Positions 46,901 to 58,900 of a stretch of DNA of 64,000 nucleotides are shown here, piece by piece. This DNA comes from Veleropilina oligotropha (lineage: Eukaryota). The position numbers were made by a program, and so were the translations under genes. Where the stretch lies: the NCBI GenBank assembly GCA_048128005.1, contig JBEUKZ010000112.1, forward strand, positions 248,001-312,000, read 5' to 3'. Position 1 is the first letter of the stretch; every line of letters begins with the position of its first letter. A model generated the notes under the pieces. The model ran no database searches. It had not been told where the DNA came from and saw only the letters and a program-made list of their open reading frames with translations.

Positions 46901-49900
46901 AAATATACTTGCAACTTATGATTTTAAAATTAGACGATGTAGTAATGGCACATTGACAGAGAGATACAGGCCATATAGTCTCTAAAACATTGAAATTTAA
47001 AAATGTAGTGTTTCATATGTATATCCTTAATGAATGTGCACGGCCAACAATATTTAAGCATTTTTTATTGACATAGATACAAATTTTTGTTAATAATAAT
47101 TATCTTTATTTCAACTCGATGGCCGTAGTAGGTGAAACACATATTTTCACAAGGGTCGAGAGTAATAACAAACGAGAATAAAATATATAGTTTGATAAGA
47201 TTAAATAAATATACATTATATAATAATACACATGTGCTATTTAACATGTAGATAAAAGATGATCAATTTACTAAAATACATAAATGTACATATGTCAAAA
47301 AATGTGTGATGACTCCTCATGAACAACGCAAAAAATCTTGATAATTAATACATCATGTGACACATCATTTTACTTTGCAATATATATATTTAACAGACAC
47401 TATATTCAGTTAAAAGAACGATATGATATCCATATCTGATCTTATGCGGTATTAGCAGAAAATTGTAATAAAAATTCAACTCACTACATAGGATTTGAAA
47501 ATGTACATCAATATCCAAATTAAATAGAGGCAGTGCTGTAAGCACATAACTTTTATATTGACAAAAAGAGTGAAAATATTAAAAGATGTAGATATATAAA
47601 TATAGAATGCATTCTTTCAACATCAAAGTACAGGAGAAGCCATTAAGATTATGCATATGATCATAATGTTTATGTAGGTACCACCTCCACCTTAGACTGT
47701 CCAGCTGTCAGATATATTTAACATCAAAATATGTTTCCGATTAAAATTCGTTTTTGATCAACCATGCCCATCTTATGCAACAGCAATTACCTCCACCACC
47801 TCAGTCTTTGAAATGAATTTATGACTCCATCTTTTTTCATTTGCTCGGATTTTAACACAATTACAGAAATAACTGATAGTTTTCAATACACATGAAATAG
47901 TAAAGATTAAAATACTGGGCCAGTAAATTCATTTGTGGGCCAGTAAATTTTGAACAGCTGCTCAAAAAGTTAGTTTCTAACACTGGTGCTATATATGTAC
48001 AACATTTTACATAACAAGGAATGGCACAGCACTACAGTTTACAAAGTGACTTGGTCCATTTATCATCGCGCAACGTTTCAACAAAGCTTTAGCTGAAATG
48101 CTTCCGGAGTTCAGTTCTTCCCACGAACGAAGAATTCTTGCTTGCACCCGTCGGTAAGCCTTGCGTTGGTACTGTAACACTGCGCCGCGAATAAAAAAAC
48201 TGCATCTGGAGTCTGATCTGATGCGCTTCTCTGTGAAGTAAATTCACGAGGAGGTACATGTTTATCGATGCCTGTCCTTGTCTCTTCTGGTTCAATCTGT
48301 TATGCCATCCTTCGACATCATTGTTTGTGCGTATCGGGCGCATGAAGCAACGCCACGTAGACACCGGGAAACATGAATTGTTCATCCACTGCCGTTCAAA
48401 ATAAGTCACCATCTATCGTACTGGTGCCGGCATTTCCATGTTCTTCATTTCGTTGAACTGAGAATAGATATAATTCTCTGGTAAAAAAGTTAGCACCATT
48501 AGTCGTCGACAGAATTGATATGTAGAATTCTTGTGATTGTATGACACTTGGAGTCCGAGTTCTTGGATTTTTCTCCAGATTGATTGGGTAAAATGAAATG
48601 AGCATCCGCGAATGTCAACGTTAGGGAGAACCTGGCATATGACCTGCCATGCAGCAGCCTCGAAATCGACAGTGATGGATCTTACAGATGGTTCGCTAGG
48701 CAACTGGTCCAACAGGGCTTCAAACACAGAGCGGTAATCAGATTTCGATTTTCCAGACATCAGCACGAAAAGAAGGGGCACTTGCTTGATATTTTCATCT
48801 GATTTCAGAAAGGCATGGATACTGAAGAGTTGCGTAAATGGTCGTCTAACTAATTTGAAAGTTCCGTCCATATACCACGATTTGCCTTTGGCGAGTAGCT
48901 CCAATTGGTGGGGACTTCTGAACATCAAGTGGCGTCTTTGTCCAATCGTTATATCGGCTATGCAGAAATCATCGGGAATATATTCGAGATTAAGATCGAA
49001 GTCGAATGTTGTCGGGTGTCTTGGGCGAGTTTTCTGTCGGTGACGGTTAGCGGCACGAGCAAGATAAGAGGGTTGAGATATGGCATCGCATGGGGCTTCG
49101 AAACGGATTTGAGATCGCTTCTTCTCGTATAGTTGATTTCACCTTTGCTGCAACTGTAGCTCCGATCGACGGAGGATGGCAATGTTCGGCTATTCAGGGA
49201 GAATACACACCATTTTCTTCTTTAACTCGTGCCATACATTTCATCGTTTTATTCCTTATGAAACACACCCAGTCAGTTGCATTCTTCCGAACTTTAGAGA
49301 TAACGTGAGTAAATCCAATGTTATTTGGTAAATGGCTCCCACCACGTTGAGTTGCATTCGGCACTATTGTCCATATCGTTTCTAGGCTGTCAATGTTGCT
49401 AACCTCTGGAGATGGATCGATGATGGACGATTCATCGTGATTTATTGGGATATCGTAAGTGAGTTCTTCATTGCCATTGATATCTTGGTCGTGACAAACA
49501 TAGCTTCGAAAGTCATCGTCCTCTGTGTCCGCTGATGGTAATGGTAATAGCGCCGGGATGGGTGGTCTCTGCACACATGTGGTACACCGCCATTCTAACT
49601 CCCCTCTTTTCACGAAAACTCTATACTGGGGTCGAGTTATACCTGCAATAGTAAGAAATACAAGAATAAGGATATAATTACATATTTATCATTTATATGT
49701 GATCAGACATATTCACAAAAGAACCAGACAAAATTATAACCCGGATAACCAAACTATTCACTAATTAAAAATTAATTGTCTCTTACTTTATGAAAAATTG
49801 TCAGTATATAACTTGGAAACGTGACAAAATACACCTATTTAAGAATAATGACCCCAAATCGACAATTACGGGTAGTGCATCTGTAAGTCGGGGTTATAAG

Positions 49901-52900
49901 TCATTGCATGAAAAGGTCCGGGTAAGTACATGTATATGTATATCTAAAATATGATATAACTATGAACTAAATAACTAGAATTAACATGGTAACGTACCTG
50001 TATTGCAAAGACGATGTTGCCATCTCGAACATTCATCACACTGCAACGCCTCTTGACGAGGTAGAACTTCCCGATCGCAGACAACGCATGTAAATATTTT
50101 GCCTGAAGTCATTATTACAAGTCATAAAATTATGCAAGTGAGGGACGTACATACATTTTAAGTTTATATACTTTTCAACAGAGCAACTCTTCACTCTTAG
50201 ATAATCCGATTATACGATGGGCAGCAAATGCCACTGGAGTGATGTTAACGGATTAACAGATTAGTTGCCGAAATGGTTTACCTGTGGAATGGGCCTCTTG
50301 GGAATAGAAATCGCAAATGGATTACCGCTTATTAAAGGTAACAACTCCTCACCGCAGCATACCAAAATCATAAATGAAAACAAGCGACTGAAGTTTTATT
50401 TTTATATGTGCGTTTTAAATTAAACAATATAATAAAGTATTAAACATACGTTTAGTGAGTGTAGGGTTTATAAATACTATTTGTAAAACTATTTTATTAA
50501 AGTTATCAATGCACCTAGACTACCGTTTACACATGTATGTAAAAATACACAAGTGCAAGATATAATCACCTTTATGGGAAATATATTTACTATTTCATCA
50601 AAGAAATTAATCGCTAATTTTTTATTCAATAAAATGTGTTTCACATTTGAGACGCACGCTTGTTGTTTCTTCGTCGATGGCAGCAACCACCTGGAAGAAA
50701 TAAATTATTTTATTTAGTAAATAAAACATACAATATCCTAGCCGTTCCTATGAAAATTAAATAAAAATATTGTTCAATCAAATAAAACATACTTGTAAAA
50801 TACAATTATGTTGTAATGTAAGAACCGTGACTGATTAAGTTGGCGGTGAGTTGGCTCTAAATAATTGGCGGTGAGTTGACCTGTTACCGGGGGGGGGGGG
50901 GGGCGGTCATAATATCGATTATCAATTAATTAATTGTATCGTAGTAAGTATTTTGAACTGCTTCGGCGGGTGAGTGGTTAGAGCGTCCTAAAGCTAAGAG
51001 GTTCCAGGCCAGCCGGCGGCTTATTCTACCGCTTAAAATAATAGATGGCATATCCGTAATGAATGTCGTCAGATCGGAGTGAGACCTTGAACCAGATGTC
51101 CCGACTGCGTAAAGGCTGAAAATTTGCCAAAAGTGGTCGTAAAACAAGTAGCCAACCAATGCACAGTATTATGTATATTGAATATCAATTTATGTTACAA
51201 TATTGGCACAAAAGACCTGAAGTTGCAGCCACTTTGCAGTAGTTAACTAGAAAAAATCATTGGAAATATTGAGGCATTTTTCAAGACAGCATAAATTAAG
51301 TATTTTGTCTTTTATCTTATTTCAGTGATGTTAATCTTGGTAAAAAAAGAAAAGACTATCTTGAGTGGCCTGATTATTTCATGGCCATCGCATTTCTCTC
51401 GGCGCAGCGAAGTAAAGATCCCCGAACACAGGTATACTGTACATAGCCTGAACTTTGCACAGCGTATACTTCTGCCACTAGATCCAGAAAATCAAGAACA
51501 TAATTTAAAGAGTTGGTGATGATCTATTCTTGAGATATTGTAGTCTAGCAATGTATTTATTATCTCAGCATTCTGACCTAGTCCTGACCTTTGCAGCTTT
51601 GGCCGCCTAGTGCTATCATGTAGGGAGGGAGGGAGGAATGATGCTTAATACCCTGGATATTTACAACATCGAGGTTCAAGGCAGGACATGTCCGTGTTAT
51701 CGCGGGAGGAAACCCCGGTCGCCCAGGTAAACCCACCCTCTTCGACCAGTCGCGGACAACTGTGATTCATAACTTGAACAAATGTCAATGCCTCAGCCAG
51801 GTATTGAACCCACTACTGTTCGCATTAGCGGAATCAAGCCAGTGAATTTAGAGTGGACACTCGACCCACTGCGCTGCCGAAGTGGCCTGTCATGTAGGAG
51901 ATATAAGCCCTGTTTTTCCATTTTGATGGCTCTGATTCACAGGAGTGGGTTACAATCTTTTGCTGGATACTTTGTTCAATTAGCAGGCACAGTTGGCCAT
52001 ATCTGGCTGTAGGGTTTCCCTGCACGACTGGCCTTTCCTCCTGTGGTGACCATAACCGGCTGTAGGGTTTCCCTGCACCACTGGCCTTTCCTCCTGTGAT
52101 GACCATAACCGGCTGTAGGGTTTCCCTGCACCACTGGCCTTTCCTCCTGTGATGACCATAACCGGCTGTAGGGTTTCCCTGCACCACTGGCCTTTCCTCC
52201 TGTGATGACCATAACCGGCTGTAGGGTTTCCCTGCACCACTGGCCTTTCCTCCTGTGATGACCATAACCGGCTGTAGGGTTTCCCTGCACCACTGGCCGT
52301 TCCTCCTGTGATAACCATAACCGGCTGTAGGGTTTCCCTGCACCACTGGCCTTTCCTCCTGTGATGACCATAACCGGCTGTAGGGTTTCCCTGCACGACT
52401 GGCCTTTCCTCCTGTGATGACCATAACTGGCTGTAGGGTTTCCCTGCACCACTGGCCTTTCCTCCTGTGATGACCATAACCGGCTGTAGGGTTTCCCTGC
52501 ATGACTGGCCTTTCCTCCTGTGATGACCATAACCGGCTGTAGGGTTTCCCTGCATGACTGGCCTTTCCTCCTGTGATGACCATAACCGGCTGTAGGGTTT
52601 CCCTGCATGACTGGCCTTTCCTCCTGTGATGACCATAACTGGCTGTAGGGTTTCCCTGCACGACTGGCCTTTCCTCCTGTGATGACCATAACCGGCTGTA
52701 GGGTTTCCCTGCATGACTGGCCTTTCCTCCTGTGATGATATGTTTTTTTTATCCCCCGTCCGTAAACAATTTGCTTAAAGTTTCGAATTGAGTGTATATA
52801 GCTTGCCCATGATACTTTTTGGCATATATATGCTATTGTAGGCGTTATATGCAGCCCTCGCAATTAGGAAAAATCCAGGTCGGCAAATTTTTGCCGACCT

Positions 52901-55900
52901 CAAGTCCAACCAGGTCGGCATGAGGTCGGCAAATTTTTCTGTTAACACAATGCTTGAATCTTGTTTAAATACATAATTTAAGAATGTTTTAACCGTTGTT
53001 TCTGTGTATATTTATCTTGAATTAATTTGCTATTTAGCGAAAATATGATATTGTTTAAATTTTGAGCGAACTGCATGAAGACTCCCACACACGCGGCATC
53101 GCGCACGTGTTACCGTCTACCCTATGGAGCCGAATAGGTGCAAAAATTCTACATCCTACATTCTTTATTCTACATCCATCATTCATGATGCTACATGGTA
53201 AAATACAAGGTGCAAAAATTCTACATCCTACATTCTTTATTCTACATCCTACATTCTTTATTCTACATCCTATATTCTTTATTCTACATCCTACATTCTT
53301 TATTCTACATCCTACATTCTTTATTCTACATCCTATATTCTTTATTCTACATCCTATATTCTTTATTCTACATCCTATATTCTACATCCTACATTCTTTA
53401 TTCTACATCCTACATTCTTTATTCTACATCCTATATTCTTTATTCTACATCCTACATCCTACATTCTTTATTCTACATCCTACATCGTATTATGCTATCT
53501 CAATTCTGCCTGATAGATGGCGCTGCGGTGTTAAAGTGTGAAACTAACCGCTCCCTAGCTGTCACTCGTCGCTGAGAGCCTCGTTGAACGAAAGGTAATA
53601 TTTGTATCAAGCCTATAGTATTTCGTCTAAAATAAAAACAATAACGGCAATTCACATCTGTTAAACATAATGATACAGATATTACCTTTCGTTCAACGAG
53701 GCTCTCAGCGACGAGTGACAGCTAGGGAGCGGTTAGTTTCACACTTTAACACCGCAGCGCCATCTATCAGGCAGAATTGAGATAGCATAATACGATGTAG
53801 GATGTAGAATAAAGAATGTAGGATGTAGGATGTAGAATAAAGAATGTAGGATGTAGAATAAAGAATGTAGGATGTAGAATAAAGAATATAGGATGTAGAA
53901 TAAAGAATGTAGGATGTAGAATAAAGAATATAGGATGTAGAATAAAGAATGTAGGATGTAGAATAAAGAATATAGGATGTAGAATAAAGAATGTAGGATG
54001 TAGAATAAAGAATGTAGGATGTAGAATTTTTGCACGTTGAATTTTACCATGTAGCATGATGAATGTAGAATAAAGAATGTAGGATGTAGAATTTTTGCAC
54101 CTTGTATTTTACCATGTAGCATGATGAATGATGGATGTAGAATAAAGAATGTAGGATGTAGAATTTTTGCACCTATTCGGCTCCATACTACCCCACCTGT
54201 TCGCGTGACGAATATTGAGTAGCAATATCTTTTTTTTAAATCTCCATTTGGTAGATGATAAAGTGACAATAGAATCAGCAAATATCTTTATTTACAATAA
54301 GCGCGTGGAATAAATATATGACAGGCAGTTTCACGCTCATGAATCTTATTGCTGTCAAATTGTACACGTTATTTCTGCCCGTTGGCCGTGGTCACTAATC
54401 GCGTATCCCGCAGCGACCGACGCGCTGCGTGTTCAACTTCATGTAAAGTTCACAAGTCTCTAAATCTATTTAAATTAATATTTAATCATTAAATGGTGTC
54501 TTAAATTGGTTATATTCCGTTTTATCCCCCCAAAAGATTACCACATTGTAAGTTGGAAACAACACGAGACAATTTTCAAATCATCCAAGCATAAACGTAT
54601 TATTTTGGAAACGCGATTTGAATCCGTGACCTAGTAATTTATAAATAGCGTACATGTGCGAATGGAGCGCTTGAGTGTTGAAAACTTGTGATGTTAACGA
54701 TTTATTGGTGAACATTTCAACCAGGATGCACAATATACAAAGTAGGTAAAGATATGCAACTTAACAAGTTATGAATAAATATTGTAATTAATATAATATA
54801 TATGAACAGACCTTTTAGCAAGATAAATCGAGGTCGGCAAATTTTTGCCGACCTCGTACGCTTGCAGGTCGGCAACGAGGTCGGCATTGCCGAATGCCGA
54901 CCTTAATTCCGAGGGCTGTATATGGATGACACCTGATACTCTGGAAGTGAGATTGAATAAAATTTAATATTATTATTGCATAAATGTAGGTGTTTTTGAA
55001 CATAGAAATTTTGGTTATAGTTTCTGGTTAAAGTTTTTCATTGAGTGAAATTTTGGTTAAAGTTTTTCATTGAGTGTATATGTTTTGTTGAAACAACATT
55101 TTGGTGTAGGTATATGCTTTGTTATTGATAATATGAATGTCACTGATACTATGGAAGTGATGCTGAATTAAATTTAATATAATTATTGCATAAAGATAGG
55201 TGTTTGTGGACATTTTGGTTAAAGTTTTGTTGAAATTTTGTAATGGCATATGGGTTGTTCTAGGCACTGTTTTACATCCATATACTGTAGTGTTGACTAT
55301 ATTGATGCTGCTCCCTCATCTGCAAGTGATTTATAATATAAATAACATGTGAAATTAGTGTTTGTGGACATAGACATTTTTGTTAAAGTTGAGTGAATTT
55401 CCATTATTGCATACGTATTCTTTGGTGATGCTTATATTGATACCACCTTTTACTCTTGCAATGATATTGAATATTATGTTGTATAAATATTGAAGAAACT
55501 TGATGTATTGGGAGAAATTTTGGTTAAATTTTATATCAGAGTGAAGGCGGGGGATGAATCCGTTTTCTAACGGGCTCTTGTTAAAATGAGACAACATCCA
55601 TCCAAATCGAAACTTTGATGTCCTAAAATACATGAATAATGTTATATGCTTGGCATCATGTTGAACACACTAGTTCTCATCAGATCACGGAAGTTCAGTG
55701 ATTGGATGGGTGATCTGGTCCGGTGCTGACCTATAGATATAGGTTATATTATATAATAATATACAGGTGGTCCAAACTACAAAAGAAATAAAAAATTGTT
55801 AAAATGTGGGCGTGAAATTAAGTTTAAAACCATAGCATTGTGATATTTTCTATGTCACTGAAATAAAACCTGAACTTATTAAGATACATGTACATTGTAG

Positions 55901-58900
55901 TGTCTGTAATAATAACAAGAACGACGCGTTCGAAATATGTCTTGACCTTTCTTTATTTCCCTCAAATTTTCATAACAGTTAATACAATGGCTAAGTGCAA
56001 GTACTTCATGGCTTAATTTACTACCCCGTCGATTATGACGTCACCAAATGACGATTAATCTAAAGCGACGTCGTAATGACGTCATTGCTATTTGCTTGCA
56101 ATATTAGACATCCGTTATATACAAATATGGATAAAAGTGCTCAATAAATGCATATTTTTGCAAAATTGTGTCGCGAAAGTTATATACACGACCTACAAAT
56201 ACTCTTGGGAATGTGTGTACCAATTTTGGTGAAAATTGAGCGGGTAGTTTTCAAATAAATCGACGGATATATATAAGTATATATGTATATACACACGGAC
56301 CATTTGATAATGTCTTGTCCTTTTTTACAAAAAGGTCAAGACATAAAAATCAACAATAATAATGTTCAAGCAAGTAAATAAAATTCGGAATTGTATGTTT
56401 GTTGTAGACATTTTTCGTGTTCATGGTGCTTCAGATAATTTAATCATGATGATATTTTTGGTTCATATGTCACAATACAAGCACCTATAATTTCTATAGT
56501 TAATCTTGTGATTTTAATGAAATTATTCCGTTTTAATAGGTTGGTGCTTGTATCGTGAATCCAGAAAAGAAGATCGTGGGTATTGGCTACAATGGGATGC
56601 CCAACGGGTGCAGTGATGACCTGATGCCCTGGGGAAGACAGGACACCCCCAGCCTGGACGATAAGCATCTGTATGGTCAGTATATGCAGCAATTCTTATG
56701 CAGCCTATATTTATTCACCATGCATGAAGTACGATACATGTTCAAATGCTTATTAAGTTTCAAGCCTGGTCAGTATTCCCTTCGTTAAGGCTATTTTATT
56801 TTTTCCGTCATTGTTTCCACTATTCGTCAGGTTGTCTGCTTAAAAAAACTTTACATAGGCCTAATATTAACTTTGAAGACATGTTGTTGAAAAACAACTG
56901 TATTTCAAAATGTTTAGTGACTTAACATAATAAGTTGATAAACTCCTCAAAAAAAGTTTGGAAACGTTATTTCGGTCGATTATTCCTCCCCTTTAATAAT
57001 ACCAATCGGTATTGTATTTTATATCGTTGGAAATCCTGATTAGTCACCTTTACAACGAGGTACAACTTGTAAGGATCATGCATTCGTGCAATGAGCAACA
57101 CAGCTAACCGTGTGTGTAGCGGCCCCCAAAAATGTGCCAGAATCCCCTGTTTACAACTGAATTAAATTGTGCAATATTATGTCCATGTGGTCACGGTGAA
57201 CTGGGACTACTCATGGAAATCGTTTAAACCGGGTCACATTGGCCATTGAACATCATTTAGAACACCGACACAAGCATGCGCTTGATTAATACAACAATAG
57301 GCTATGATGAGTATCAAAACAACAATGGGTGTAAATCACAGAAGGGGGTGAATAAAAGGTGAACAGAAATTCTCTGCAAACCAGAGTTTATTATTTAAAT
57401 TAAAATAAAAGAACATACACATAATAACGAACAGTTCAGAAAATGAATTACCCTAGCAAGAAATTGTCAATACTGTGTCTGTGTTTTAAGTCCGAGAAAA
57501 GCCTCGTAACTCTCCATTCCTGAAAAAGAATGAGCCTCGACCCCTTCGGGGCCTCTGATACATTCTTGTTCAGGAATGGAGAGTTACTCGACCTTTCTCC
57601 TCAACATAAACATGCCACGTTTGTCCCTTCAGGATAAGGCCCGTGCAATAGGGCAAGTAGAAGCTGGTGTTCCGGTAGGCAGAGGCAGCATTATTTGGTG
57701 TCAGCCCTGGTACCATTGCTCAAGTTCCGTGAGACTGGTGAAGTCAAAGACAGACTACGAAGTGGCCGTCCCTGAGGAAGACAACACCCCAAGAAGACCG
57801 GTTCTTCATCCTTGCTTCACTGATGAACCATAGGCTTTCTTCCATAGATTTACAGGCAAGATTTGCACAACGGTACCACAGACAGATCTCTGATCAGACG
57901 GGGAGGAACAGACTGCACATGGCCGGTCTTCGTGCTTATAAGGCTGCCAGGATGACTGCAATAATAATAATAATAATAATACTCCGGTCTTATATAGCGC
58001 ATTATTACGCTAGTGTCTCAATGCGCTGAACATTATTACCCCTGGTTATGGGCCTATTCCATTCGATATGCCATCTCAACTCCCTCTGGGAGCATTACAG
58101 TCATTTACACGCGGGTAGCGCCGTGACTTACATAACTGCCTACCAGGTACCCATTTATATCGGCTGGGTGGACCGAGGCAAATATATGCTTATTTCCTTG
58201 CCCAAGTGAAATCGCCGAGCTTTGGGGGCGAACTCGAGACTCTGTGACCAGAGTCCTGTGAACAAACCACTGAGCCACGACGGCAATGACTGCCCTTCAC
58301 CGTCAGACCCATTTGCGCTGGTGTCGACAGCACCGACCGTGGAACCTAAGAATGTGGGGCAACGTCATGTTCAGTGATGAATCAAGGTTCTGTCTGCGGA
58401 AGCTGGATGGCAGGATCAAAGTATGGAGACGGCATGGAGAACGCTATGCAGATCGCTGCACAGATCGGGTGACACCTTTCAATGGGGGCAGTGTCATGGT
58501 GTGGGGCGGTATCTCTCTCACAGGCAAAACAGAACTTGTCATCATTGAAGGCAATCTCAATGCAGTGAGATATCGGAATGAGATTCTGAAGCCAGTGACG
58601 ATCCCATATCTCCTGAATCTGGGACCTAACTCAATCCTCCAGGATGACAACGCTCACCCCCAAAGAGCCAGGATCATCACAGAGTACTTCCAGAATTTGG
58701 GAGTGGAGAGGATTGAATGGCCTGCCGTGAGTCCAGACCTGAACCCAATTGAACACTTGTGGGATCAGATTGGGCGTGCTGTACGTGCCAGAGTGACCAA
58801 CGCAACCATGTTGGCTGACTTGCGGCAAATCCTGGTTCAGGAATGGGATGCCATCCCACAGCAGTGTGTGACCAGGCTGGTGACCAGCACGAGGAGGAGG

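Larger units (their letters stand above)
44045..50888 (-). mobile_element. Mutator/MULE (Phantom-like) DNA transposon in DCTD intron 1
   Basis: TIRs GGAATACAAGTCAACTCACCGCC / GGCGGTGAGTTGACCTGTTACC with subterminal repeats; poly-G on both flanks; transposase relic on the minus strand. Confidence 0.88.
52743..55581 (+). mobile_element. HINE family H1 copy carrying a nested MITE and foldback
   Basis: Collinear with 9210-10010 outside 52852-54918. Confidence 0.75.

Noticed and set aside
51834..54281. ORFs in the 53-bp array and ILHPTFF repeats
   Set aside because: Artefacts of the minisatellite and the foldback's internal repeats.
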